Shown: one piece after another, positions 10,209 to 19,176 of the stretch
Numbering within the stretch: position 1 is the stretch's first letter
Layout: each line of letters opens with the position of its first letter
Assembly: GCA_021815445.1 (NCBI GenBank)
Contig: JAKAGM010000001.1
Location: forward strand, 3,447 to 67,446
Direction of reading: 5' to 3'
DNA: 64,000 nucleotides
Source: a bacterium
GTDB taxonomy: Bacteria; Patescibacteriota; Patescibacteriia; UBA10025
Position numbers and translations under genes: made by a program
The notes under the pieces: generated by a model
What the model saw: the letters and a program-made list of their open reading frames with translations, nothing else
Database searches by the model: none
What the model was told of the DNA's origin: nothing

Positions 10209-10808
10209 ATGACTTTCAACCAGCGCGACATAGAATTTCTCTACGAAATCGGCTCCCTGCGCAATGTGCAGAGGGGCTGGCGCCAGCATTTGGCAAAAGA
10301 CTGCGCCAACGACCTCGAGCATACGTACCGCGTCATATGGATAGCCCTCATGCTCGCGAGGAAAGAAGGGGTGACGGACGAGAACAAAGTTATTAAGATG
10401 GCGCTGGTGCATGACCTGGCCGAGGCGCGGACCTCTGACTTGAGCTATGTGCAGAAAGTGTACGTGAAAGCCGACGAAGACAAGGCGGCGCACGACACGT
10501 TCGACGGGACGAGCGTAAATGATTTTTACTCCGAGATACTGAGTGAGTTTGAAAAACGAGACTCATTAGAAGCAAAAATAGTCAAAGATGCCGACAATCT
10601 TGATGCGCAGATTGAGCTGAAAGAGCTTGAGGAAACCGGCTCGAAGATTGCCACGAAATGGATGGCCACTTTTCGCAAACTAGTCAGAAAGGAAAAACTC
10701 TACACCCGGGCGGCCAAAGACCTCTGGGATGCTCTCGACGAAGCTGATGTCGCTGACTGGCACATGAAGGCCAATAAATGGCTCAAGATCCCCGGCGCTG
10801 GCAAGTAA
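10209..10808 (+). CDS. HD-domain phosphohydrolase (YfbR-like 5'-deoxynucleotidase family)
   Basis: H...HD metal-binding motifs (HTYRV..., VHDLAEARTSDL). Confidence 0.65.
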   Translation: MTFNQRDIEFLYEIGSLRNVQRGWRQHLAKDCANDLEHTYRVIWIALMLARKEGVTDENKVIKMALVHDLAEARTSDLSYVQKVYVKADEDKAAHDTFDGTSVNDFYSEILSEFEKRDSLEAKIVKDADNLDAQIELKELEETGSKIATKWMATFRKLVRKEKLYTRAAKDLWDALDEADVADWHMKANKWLKIPGAGK

Positions 10809-10818
10809 GAGGCAAGTT

Positions 10819-11250
10819 ATGACAGTTGTCGATAAAAAGAAACGCGTTCTCGATTTCATCAAACGCCAACATGTAGCCGTGTTGGCGACGGTTGACGGCG
10901 TGCGGCGCGTACCCGAGTGCGCTGTCGTTGAATTCTCAGAGACGGATAACCTTGAGATTATTTTTGACACATTTTCCTCGTACCGCAAGTACGGAAATTT
11001 GCAGACGAACCAGCGCGTTGCGCTCGTGATCGGCTGCGAGGACGACGTCACTGTCCAGTACGAGGGCGTCGCCCGCGAGGTGACCGGTGACGAACTGAAA
11101 CGGTGCCAGAAAATTCATACGGCCAAGCTTCCCGGTGCGAAAAAGTTCACGACGATGGAAGACATCAGATTTTTTCGTATTACCCCGGTGTGGATCCGCT
11201 ACGTGAATGTGTCGCTCGATCCGTGGGAAGTCTTCGAGCTTTCATTATGA
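10819..11250 (+). CDS. Pyridoxamine 5'-phosphate oxidase-like FMN-binding split-barrel protein
   Basis: About 143 aa; the pattern HVAVLATVDG...P...VVEF is typical of the PNPOx-like family. The stop overlaps the next start (ATGA). Confidence 0.5.
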   Translation: MTVVDKKKRVLDFIKRQHVAVLATVDGVRRVPECAVVEFSETDNLEIIFDTFSSYRKYGNLQTNQRVALVIGCEDDVTVQYEGVAREVTGDELKRCQKIHTAKLPGAKKFTTMEDIRFFRITPVWIRYVNVSLDPWEVFELSL

Positions 11251-11822
11251 AGAGTACTCCCAAAAAGAAGTTTAAAGTCCTGAATCGCGGACTGACCATT
11301 GCCTATATCGGAAACGGGAAAGGGAAGACAACCGCGGCTGTCGGCGCGGCAGTCAGAGCGCGCGGCTGCGGGATGCGAGTGCTTTTTTTGCAGTTCTATA
11401 AAAGTCCCGAATGGCCCTCGGGAGAACGGCAGGCTCTCGTGAAGCTGGGCGTCAAGGTTCACGTTGTCGGCGAGGGGTTTGTCGGCATCCTCGGAGACAG
11501 AAAAAAACTTGCCGTACACAAAAAGGCCGCGGAGCGGGCGCTGAGAGAGAGCCGTAGAGCCCTTGTTTCAGGCGCATACGACCTTATTATCCTCGACGAA
11601 GCTATTTCGTGCCTCGAGCAGAAGCTGTTTACGCCTGCCCGGCTGGCGACACTCCTGAAGCTCAAACAAAAATCCACAAAAGCATCTCATGTCCACTTGA
11701 TTTTGACCGGCCACAAAAGATTTCCGCAGATACTCAAGCTCTGCGACCTGGTCACTGAGATGAAGATGGTGAAGCACCCATATTACCAAGGGTTTTTGGC
11801 GGTAAGGGGAGTGGATTATTAA
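11247..11822 (+). CDS. btuR: Cob(I)yrinic acid a,c-diamide / cob(I)alamin adenosyltransferase, CobA/BtuR type
   Basis: P-loop GNGKGKTTAAVG in an about 190-aa protein with the characteristic IILDE motif. It makes adenosylcobalamin, the cofactor of NrdJ. The start is the internal ATG at 11247, overlapping the upstream stop. Confidence 0.75.
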   Translation: MKSTPKKKFKVLNRGLTIAYIGNGKGKTTAAVGAAVRARGCGMRVLFLQFYKSPEWPSGERQALVKLGVKVHVVGEGFVGILGDRKKLAVHKKAAERALRESRRALVSGAYDLIILDEAISCLEQKLFTPARLATLLKLKQKSTKASHVHLILTGHKRFPQILKLCDLVTEMKMVKHPYYQGFLAVRGVDY

Positions 11823-11954
11823 CCACAAAGTACTATGGACACCCCAACACCTCAGCCCACCCCACAATCCTCATCAAGCACAATGATGCGAGTCATTTTG
11901 GTAATCATTCTCATTATCGTCGGCGCGGGCGCTTACTTCTGGTGGCAGAAAGGG
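11815..11954 (+). repeat. 140-bp exact direct repeat, copy 1 (RBS region plus first 40 codons of the paralogous anchored proteins)
   Basis: Identical to 13371-13510 as read by eye: attattaaccacaaagtactatggacacc...ggtggcagaaaggg. Confidence 0.85.
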
Positions 11955-13304
11955 CAAGCAAATACGAACAGTGCGAACCTCGTCCTCAATGCCATGAACC
12001 AGAGTACCAATGCGCCCTCCAACATCAATTCGGTTGCCAACGCGAACACCACCTTGAATACCAATATCGCCGTAAATGCCAATACTCCCGCTAATCTCAA
12101 CACGGCAGTAAACACCAATACTGCGGTAAACTCAAATACCAATACCGCAGTGGATACGAGCGGGTGGCTGGCCGAGACGGCGCGATGCAGTCATGAGCCC
12201 GTATCTCAGCAAAAGGAAAGTATCTTAACTGATAACTCTGACTGGCAAGTCATACGGGTATACAGGGGTGAGCTAAAATTCTCGTACGAAGTACCTTCTA
12301 GTGCAACTTTTAATACCGGTCTGGACAGATATACGAAAACTGGGTCAGAAGAGAGGGAAGTAATATCCGAAGTAAATCTAGAAGGTATGGCTATTGATGT
12401 TAGATGGTATAAAAACAACTCTTCGTTTGAGCTGTGGACTAGGGATCATGAGAATGAGATTTATACTTCCTATATTGCCAGCTCACGTGGCGCGGCAATA
12501 TCGGAACCAGAGCAGATAGTTGTTGATGGACGCAAAACAAAAACATATGAAGTTACGAGTCCTTTTGGGTTTAAGGTAATGCTGGTTTTTGTTGAGGATG
12601 GGGATAAAATATATCAAATAGAGGTTCGGGGGCCAGCGGAGAATATGGAAAACTTCAAAGGGGATATCAATAAAGTATTAATGAGTTTTCACTTTGAAAT
12701 CCCTGATCCAGGTGAATTGATATTTACCTATCGCGAAATTGATCTGTCCTTCAGGTATCCTTCATCCGTCGGCACTCCTCAGCTTGCATGGGGTACCCCA
12801 GTGAATAATAAAAATTGGGAGAAAGCTATGATTGAAGTAGGTCAGAAAGGCCAAAGTGCTTTTTCAATAACACGGGAAGCGGATTATTATAGCTCACATG
12901 AAAATGAGTGGCTGTATACTTTTTACGGGAAAGCGGTCGATGCTAAGCAGCCTCTTTCAGATTTAATCCTTTTTATAAGTAGAGATTTCAAAAATATTCT
13001 CGGTATTTCAAATAAATGTGGTTTCGTTGAGATAGTTGAACTAGACCAATATAATACTCAAACAGCGTTAATTTATCGAGCATTTGTTCCTCATCCTGAT
13101 TATAAGGTTGTATTAGCAACTTTCGTGATAAGTACATCTTTTCCTAATCTTGAAAATAGTAATATTGATCCTAATCTTGTGATAGCCAATGATATGCTCA
13201 ATGACATTAAAATGGGTACATTTCAACAAGATATTATTCAGAATTTAGACACATTTCGTGCGATCTTACCAACAATAAAAACTGCAACACCCCTACCCCG
13301 CTGA
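11835..13304 (+). CDS. Membrane-anchored protein, paralog A: conserved N-terminal anchor, N/T-rich linker, AT-rich unique C-terminal domain
   Basis: N-terminus MDTPTPQPTPQSSSSTMMRVILVIILIIVGAGAYFWWQKG is identical to the next gene. The C-terminal about 370 aa are encoded by markedly AT-rich DNA. Confidence 0.55.
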   Translation: MDTPTPQPTPQSSSSTMMRVILVIILIIVGAGAYFWWQKGQANTNSANLVLNAMNQSTNAPSNINSVANANTTLNTNIAVNANTPANLNTAVNTNTAVNSNTNTAVDTSGWLAETARCSHEPVSQQKESILTDNSDWQVIRVYRGELKFSYEVPSSATFNTGLDRYTKTGSEEREVISEVNLEGMAIDVRWYKNNSSFELWTRDHENEIYTSYIASSRGAAISEPEQIVVDGRKTKTYEVTSPFGFKVMLVFVEDGDKIYQIEVRGPAENMENFKGDINKVLMSFHFEIPDPGELIFTYREIDLSFRYPSSVGTPQLAWGTPVNNKNWEKAMIEVGQKGQSAFSITREADYYSSHENEWLYTFYGKAVDAKQPLSDLILFISRDFKNILGISNKCGFVEIVELDQYNTQTALIYRAFVPHPDYKVVLATFVISTSFPNLENSNIDPNLVIANDMLNDIKMGTFQQDIIQNLDTFRAILPTIKTATPLPR

Positions 13305-13370
13305 CTTCGATGGCGACGGCCTTTCTTAATACTTGCTGCTAGGTTACAATGGATATGTAATCTGACAGTA

Positions 13371-13510
13371 ATTATTAACCACAAAGTACTATGGACACCC
13401 CAACACCTCAGCCCACCCCACAATCCTCATCAAGCACAATGATGCGAGTCATTTTGGTAATCATTCTCATTATCGTCGGCGCGGGCGCTTACTTCTGGTG
13501 GCAGAAAGGG
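13371..13510 (+). repeat. 140-bp exact direct repeat, copy 2
   Basis: Identical to 11815-11954. Confidence 0.85.
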
Positions 13511-14113
13511 GATACAAAAATAAACACCGCAAACATTGCCATTAATACTACCAATAGGAACACAAATACCGTCTCCAATGCCAATTCGGCTGTGAATACC
13601 AATGTTGCCTCAAATGTCAACACTGCCGCTAATCTCAACACAGCGGTGAATGTGAATGCGGGGGCAAACTTAAACACCAACGCGGCAGTGGATACGAGCG
13701 GGTGGAAGACGTATGAGAATAGCACGTATGGGTACAACATCAAATATCCAACAGACTGGAAGGTAGTTGAGGCCACGGGGATGCTTACAGAATTCTCGCC
13801 CACGAGCAAGGATTATACCGTCGAGGGCTCGATTGCCTACCCCGTGGGGATAACAGGCTATACAGGCGCTGCATCTGATTTCTTAAGTCAGGTGTCGTCA
13901 GATAAGAAGAGTTCAGTAACCATTAATAATCAGGCTGCCACAAAGGTCATAGGATATTCGAATTCAATCTCTTATGTCTTTTCTAATCAGGCGCGAGTGC
14001 AATATCTGGTAATTGGTCCAAATAGCGCGCTGTTAAATAACGTAGATGTTTCAGATCGATCAACAATAGAATCGATGTTTGAGGCAATGCTTCGGACGTT
14101 CACAATTCAATAG
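13391..14113 (+). CDS. Membrane-anchored protein, paralog B, with a different, shorter C-terminal domain
   Basis: Same first 40 aa as paralog A, N/T-rich linker, shared AVDTSGW junction motif, then an unrelated about 140-aa domain. Confidence 0.55.
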   Translation: MDTPTPQPTPQSSSSTMMRVILVIILIIVGAGAYFWWQKGDTKINTANIAINTTNRNTNTVSNANSAVNTNVASNVNTAANLNTAVNVNAGANLNTNAAVDTSGWKTYENSTYGYNIKYPTDWKVVEATGMLTEFSPTSKDYTVEGSIAYPVGITGYTGAASDFLSQVSSDKKSSVTINNQAATKVIGYSNSISYVFSNQARVQYLVIGPNSALLNNVDVSDRSTIESMFEAMLRTFTIQ

Positions 14114-14197
14114 GAGGTAAGAATGCACTTTAACAACTGGTCTACCTGAAGGTCAGATAGAAACCACTATCCAACTCCCAAACTAAAGAGGTGTTAC

Positions 14198-16189
14198 ATG
14201 AGAACTGTAATGGTCGCTCTTGTTGCGCTGGTGCTGTCAGCTACCAGCGCTGTAGCAGTCGATCTAACGGAAACTGGATTTTACTACCCAACTGGCAGCC
14301 ACACATTAGGCAGCTATGCCGGATGGTTAGCAGTTCCGCCAGCTTACTTTGACGGCTACTACCATATCGGCAAAGATATTGACACCGGTGAAGTTGCGCC
14401 TGTGTACGCAATTTCGAATGGCATCGTGATCTACATCAGTTCTGGTGGATGGGGGACGAACAACAAGGGGGTGTTTGTGAGGCACACCCTTGTAGATGGG
14501 TCTCAGTTCGTTGCGCTTTACGGACACGTGAGAACAAGCAAGGTGGTGAATGACGCGGTACAAGCTGGTGTTCAATTTGCGACGATTGGGCCGTGGGATC
14601 CGACACATTTGCATTTTGGCATTCATCCTGGAGGGACTATACCCTCCGATCCATACGGTATGCTACCCTTGCCGGTGACATCGCCGTACAATGGCTGGCA
14701 GGATCCAATCGATTGGATTGCAACGCACAGTCCCGCTGGTGCTTACTCCTGCTCCTTCGTCTCCAAGTCTATCTCGCCTGCCGGTCCGTATGTTCCAGGG
14801 CAGACAGTTACCTGCCAGGTGAAGTTCAAGAACGAGGGTACGGCAACGTGGAGTAAGACAGGCGGCCAGTCGAATTACGTCGAATTGGGATCGTGCGACG
14901 GAAACGGAGGCATCGGCTACAGTTTCTTCAACTATCCCTGCACACTCCCCAATGACGGCCAAGTTCCATCATGGCTGAATTGCAAAGTGCCATGCACCTT
15001 CGTAGAATCCAATGTGCCGCATGGCAGTAATGCGACCTTCAACTTCACGGGTAAGATTAGGGACACGTTACCCAGTACATACAGCGTGTATTTCGGACCT
15101 GTCTGGAATAGCGCAATCATGTCTGGCTGGGTCGGGACGCATTACGCCGTCCAAGTCACCATCCCTGAGTCGTTCTCTACCATGACCCTTACCCCCATCG
15201 CAGGTGATTGGAACGGAGATGGAGTCTCCGAGGTCGGGGTCTATGCCGACGAGACGCAAACCTTCTATCTGGACACCAACAATGACGGGTATACGGAGTT
15301 GGAGCTTCATTACAGCTCAGCCGTAGACAAACCTTTGGCCGGCAACTGGGCTGGCGGCGGGTACTACGGCGTTGGTTTTTACCGTCCCGCCTATCGCACC
15401 TTCTGGCTGGATTATGACAACAACGGCCAGATGGACAATGGCATTGTGTTTGGTGACGGTGGAGACACGCCTTTGGCAGGTGACTGGCTTGGGAACGGCT
15501 ATTCCCGAATTGGCCTATACCGCCCTTCAACCAGGACATTCTGGCTGGACTACGACAACAACGGCACTGCAGACTTTAGCCGTGTCTTTGGAGATGCCAC
15601 GGACATTCCTATCACGGGAGACTGGGACTGTGACTTGGACTGGAACATCGGCGTTTACCGCCCGTCTACCAGGACGTTCTGGTTAGACTACAATAATGAC
15701 GGCTCGGCCGATTTCTCCCGAACCTTCGGAGACGCCGGTGATCTTCCCGTTGTCGGAGACTGGACCGGCAACTGCGGCACCAACATCGGCGTATTCCGCC
15801 CCTCCACCCAGGAATTCTGGCTCGATTACAACAACGACGGAACGGCTGACCGAGGGTTCCAGATCCAACGGATTATTCCCGGTTCGCCTAAGATCACGGC
15901 ACATGGAGAAGACAATACTCTGCCTCGGACATTCTCCCTGTCCCAGAATTACCCGAACCCGTTCAACCCGGGCACGACGATCAGGTACACCTTGCCGAGG
16001 AGTACCCACGTCGTTCTTTCCATCTACAATGTTCTGGGGCAGAAGCTGGAGACTCTGATTGATGAGCACCAGTTCGCCGGAGAGTATATCGCTTTCTGGG
16101 ACGGATCGCGCTTCGCATCGGGCATGTACTTCTACCGCCTCGTCACCGATCAGGCGGTGGAGACAAAAAAGATGATTCTTTTGAAGTAA
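14198..16189 (+). CDS. Secreted multidomain protein: M23-like metallopeptidase domain, 5 VCBS/FG-GAP-like repeats, T9SS-type C-terminal sorting domain
   Basis: Signal peptide. M23 motifs HIGKD (HxxxD) and HLHFGIH (HxH). Five repeats of FWLDYDNNG..DFSRxFGD..D.P..GDW. The C-terminus NYPNPFNPGTTIRY...VVLSIYNVLGQKLETLID...AGEYIAFWDGSRFASGMYFYRL matches the Por-secretion (T9SS) CTD consensus. Confidence 0.6.
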   Translation: MRTVMVALVALVLSATSAVAVDLTETGFYYPTGSHTLGSYAGWLAVPPAYFDGYYHIGKDIDTGEVAPVYAISNGIVIYISSGGWGTNNKGVFVRHTLVDGSQFVALYGHVRTSKVVNDAVQAGVQFATIGPWDPTHLHFGIHPGGTIPSDPYGMLPLPVTSPYNGWQDPIDWIATHSPAGAYSCSFVSKSISPAGPYVPGQTVTCQVKFKNEGTATWSKTGGQSNYVELGSCDGNGGIGYSFFNYPCTLPNDGQVPSWLNCKVPCTFVESNVPHGSNATFNFTGKIRDTLPSTYSVYFGPVWNSAIMSGWVGTHYAVQVTIPESFSTMTLTPIAGDWNGDGVSEVGVYADETQTFYLDTNNDGYTELELHYSSAVDKPLAGNWAGGGYYGVGFYRPAYRTFWLDYDNNGQMDNGIVFGDGGDTPLAGDWLGNGYSRIGLYRPSTRTFWLDYDNNGTADFSRVFGDATDIPITGDWDCDLDWNIGVYRPSTRTFWLDYNNDGSADFSRTFGDAGDLPVVGDWTGNCGTNIGVFRPSTQEFWLDYNNDGTADRGFQIQRIIPGSPKITAHGEDNTLPRTFSLSQNYPNPFNPGTTIRYTLPRSTHVVLSIYNVLGQKLETLIDEHQFAGEYIAFWDGSRFASGMYFYRLVTDQAVETKKMILLK

Positions 16190-16329
16190 TTCCTTTGTGG
16201 GGGAAAGGATTAACTAGCCATCAACCCTTGCGACAACGGTGCTGCAGGGGATTTTTTTATTTAACCTTCGCGATTCTGCGTTCTGTCTACCTCGGTTTGA
16301 GTTATGCACCATTGACTGGTTGAGCGAAA

Positions 16330-16562
16330 CCCTGGTACACTTCATCCACATTAACAACTCATAACAGGTAAGCCGGTGAGATTCCGGCACGGTCCCGCCA
16401 CGGTAATAAATAGTCCGACACCTTTTCGCCCCCTTACGTAGTAAGGAGCGGATAAAGCCAAATCATTCGAGCTTGAGCTCGAGTCCTTCGGGGAAAGGTC
16501 GGACGATACTTGCCTTAGTTTACACTGCAGCGCGGCCTTAGAAGGGAACTAAGGTTTTTTTA
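16330..16562 (+). ncRNA. Cobalamin (AdoCbl) riboswitch with terminator/antiterminator expression platform
   Basis: B12-box core ggtgagattccggcacggtcccgccacggtaa (16373-16404) matches GGTG-AATTCC-GCACGGTCCCGCCAC. It is followed by the hairpin ccttag-aagggaa-ctaagg plus T7 (16536-16561); an upstream copy of ccttagtt (16513-16520) can form the alternative helix. It sits in the 390-bp leader of the DUF4430 gene. Confidence 0.7.
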
Positions 16563-16583
16563 ATTTAGTAACATCACTTTCAT

Positions 16584-17054
16584 ATGGATAAACCTCCAAT
16601 GGTAGTAGTCAAACAAAAAGCAAAAACGAATTATGCGGCACTCGGAATCATCGCCGTCGTGGCGGCCGGCGTATTATTTTTCGGGAATGCCTATAACAAA
16701 GGAGTAACCAATGACGCCCAGAAAGCGGGCGCAGGCGTTGTTGCCGGAGTAGAGTCAGTCCAGCAGGAAGCGACGCTCACCATCAACAACGGCAAAACCA
16801 CCCGCAGTATGGTCATGACCCTCAATCCGGGCGTCTCTGCGCTTGATCTCGTCATCCGGGCGGGAATGAGGGAAAACTTTACAGTCGAAACGAAGAAATA
16901 TGACTTCGGGACCATCGTCGAATCTATCGACGGCGTGCGCGGCGGCGACCAGAAGAAATACTGGCTGTACTATGTGAACGGCAAACAGGCGACAGTCGGC
17001 GCGGATGCGTACAAAGTGCAATCCGGGGATACCATAGACTTCAGATTCGAATAA
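16584..17054 (+). CDS. Membrane-anchored DUF4430-like (transcobalamin C-terminal-domain-like) putative cobalamin-binding protein
   Basis: N-terminal TM anchor, about 100-aa beta domain ending in ...GDTIDFRFE. To my recollection DUF4430 is the transcobalamin/intrinsic-factor beta domain and occurs in B12-uptake loci. It is controlled by the riboswitch. Confidence 0.5.
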   Translation: MDKPPMVVVKQKAKTNYAALGIIAVVAAGVLFFGNAYNKGVTNDAQKAGAGVVAGVESVQQEATLTINNGKTTRSMVMTLNPGVSALDLVIRAGMRENFTVETKKYDFGTIVESIDGVRGGDQKKYWLYYVNGKQATVGADAYKVQSGDTIDFRFE

Positions 17055-17059
17055 TTTCC

Positions 17060-17584
17060 ATGAAAAAAAAGTACTCCATTGCCGTAGCTCTCGCATTGAT
17101 TCTGGTCGGGATGGCCGTCCGTCTCCTTCCGCATCCGGCCAATTTTACCCCCCTTGCCGCAATAGCGCTTTTTTCCGGCGTGTATCTTCCCCGCAGGTTT
17201 GCTCTCGTTGTGCCTCTCGCCGTGATGGTGGCTTCTGATGCGTTGATTGGCTTTCACAACCTCGTACTCTTTACCTGGGGATCCTTCGCGCTGATCGGAG
17301 TGATCGGCTGGTGGGTACAAAAGCATAAGCACGTCACTACGGTCATCGGCGGGGCGCTTGCCGGGTCTCTGCTCTTTTACCTCGTGACTAACTGGGCCGT
17401 GATGCAATTCGGGACTATGTACCCGCACACCATCTCGGGATTACTTGGCTCGTATGCTGCGGGGATACCTTTTTTCCGCAACATGCTTCTCGGAGACCTT
17501 TTTTACACGTCGACCTTTTTCGGGGCCTATGAATTGGCTGAGCGGCTGGGCGTGCGGATAGGAGCCCGCGCAGAAATTCGGTAA
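17060..17584 (+). CDS. Small 6-TM membrane protein, ECF-transporter S-component-like; putative cobalamin permease
   Basis: 174 aa, about 6 TM helices; co-transcribed with the DUF4430 gene (6-nt gap) behind the cobalamin riboswitch. Family assignment by topology and size only. Confidence 0.4.
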   Translation: MKKKYSIAVALALILVGMAVRLLPHPANFTPLAAIALFSGVYLPRRFALVVPLAVMVASDALIGFHNLVLFTWGSFALIGVIGWWVQKHKHVTTVIGGALAGSLLFYLVTNWAVMQFGTMYPHTISGLLGSYAAGIPFFRNMLLGDLFYTSTFFGAYELAERLGVRIGARAEIR

Positions 17585-17690
17585 CTCTAGGTCCCTTTCT
17601 AGGGTCCAAAACCCGGATTGAATTCCTGGCATAACTGTTGTTTTTCTTGAGAAATCTTGATATACTTGGGGGGTTCACACATATTGTCGT

Positions 17691-18620
17691 ATGGCTAATT
17701 ATCAAAACTATCGCAGGTACCGCAACCAAGGAGGGGACGGACGCCAGCGGGTGGGAAAGGCGGTACTTCTTTTGGCGGCCTTTCTTTTTATTTACCTGAT
17801 CGCGCGGGCAATCTTTGGCAGCGATAAAAACACCTCGATACTCAATACGCTGAATGAACCGCTTGCCAATGTCGGGTCTGCAAACACGGCAAATAACATA
17901 AATGGCATCGTCAATGGCGCTATCAACGGTAATAACAACAGCAATACCAACACAAACGTCAATGCAAGCCCTTCGGCTTCATCATCGACGTTTTCGGTTG
18001 CAAGCAATTGCGCCGCAGTAAAGTCGCGCGGGAGCGAAACGAAAAAAGCAGTAGCCCTCACCTTTAATGTCGGTACGATCAAAGAGGGAAGCATCGACGC
18101 TGTTTTGACCGGACTGAAAAACGGATCGGTGCCGGCGGCTTTCTTTGCGACAGGTGATGTCGCGTCGGGCAACGCGGCGCTTGTCAAGAAAATAGCCGAT
18201 GCGAATTTCCCGGTCTATAATTTCGGCAACAGCCTCGTGAAGTTTACCGACCTGCAAGAGGCGGGCATTACCGAACAGTTGACGAAAGCCGAAGCAAGCA
18301 TTTCAGCTGTTACCGGCGTGAGCACCAAACCGTTTTTCCGCCCCCCGTACAATGCCGTCGACGATACCGTGCTTGCCACTGTCAAGAAAGACGGGTACTG
18401 TCCCGTGGTCTCGACTTTTGATGCTCTCGACTGGAGCGCTGACAGCACGGCGGCTTCCTCGAAGGAGCGCGTGCTTTCAAAGGCCTCGAACGGGTCTATC
18501 ATCCTGATGCAAGCGTCGAACAGCATTACAGCCGAGATTCTTCCCGATGTGATCAGCGGCCTGAAGGCAAAAGGGTTTACTTTTGTAAGTCTTGATGCGC
18601 TTTTAGCGAGCTCATCATAA
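17691..18620 (+). CDS. Membrane-anchored polysaccharide deacetylase (NodB-homology domain)
   Basis: TM anchor, N-rich linker, then the NodB-like motifs FFRPPYN and DALDW. Confidence 0.65.
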   Translation: MANYQNYRRYRNQGGDGRQRVGKAVLLLAAFLFIYLIARAIFGSDKNTSILNTLNEPLANVGSANTANNINGIVNGAINGNNNSNTNTNVNASPSASSSTFSVASNCAAVKSRGSETKKAVALTFNVGTIKEGSIDAVLTGLKNGSVPAAFFATGDVASGNAALVKKIADANFPVYNFGNSLVKFTDLQEAGITEQLTKAEASISAVTGVSTKPFFRPPYNAVDDTVLATVKKDGYCPVVSTFDALDWSADSTAASSKERVLSKASNGSIILMQASNSITAEILPDVISGLKAKGFTFVSLDALLASSS

Positions 18621-18648
18621 TGTAACATAAGGAGGTCCTTTTGAGCCT

Positions 18649-19068
18649 ATGGCCGGAGAAGAAAAACAACAGTCTTCCACAGCTTTAAATGCCGGTCTCA
18701 TAGCCCTTGCCGCGCTTGTGATTGCGGGAAGCATCTTTTTTGCATTCCGACACAAGGTTGCGCCTGCGATGAACGCTCCATCAGCGGGGACAAACACCCC
18801 GGCGGCTGCGCAAAATGCCAACACGGGAAAATTTGAAGGCGATTCCATCACCGTGGGATGCTCCAGTAATGACGACTGTGTCGTCTGGGGGTGTTCAAGC
18901 CAGCTCTGCGGGAGAAAGGTGAAAGTGCAAGACTTAACAACGACGTGTGAATATAAGGACGTTTACTCGTGCACAAAGCTGACAACATGCGGATGCTTCG
19001 AAGGGGAATGCCAATGGCAGCAGACGCCCGATTATACTTCCTGCGTGGAGAAAAAGAAGTCTTCATGA
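18649..19068 (+). CDS. Small membrane-anchored Cys-rich protein (12 Cys in a roughly 70-aa extracytoplasmic domain)
   Basis: TM anchor then GCSSNDDCVVWGCSSQLCGRK...CEYKDVYSCTKLTTCGCFEGECQWQ...SC. Lies immediately upstream of htrA. Confidence 0.45.
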   Translation: MAGEEKQQSSTALNAGLIALAALVIAGSIFFAFRHKVAPAMNAPSAGTNTPAAAQNANTGKFEGDSITVGCSSNDDCVVWGCSSQLCGRKVKVQDLTTTCEYKDVYSCTKLTTCGCFEGECQWQQTPDYTSCVEKKKSS

Positions 19069-19176
19069 AATTTTCAGGAAGCGATTTTATCCTGTATCTA
19101 TTGAGAAGTTGACAGTCTTTTTATCGCGAAGGTATACTTTTTACCACATCGCGTAATAACGAAATACGAACGTTGT

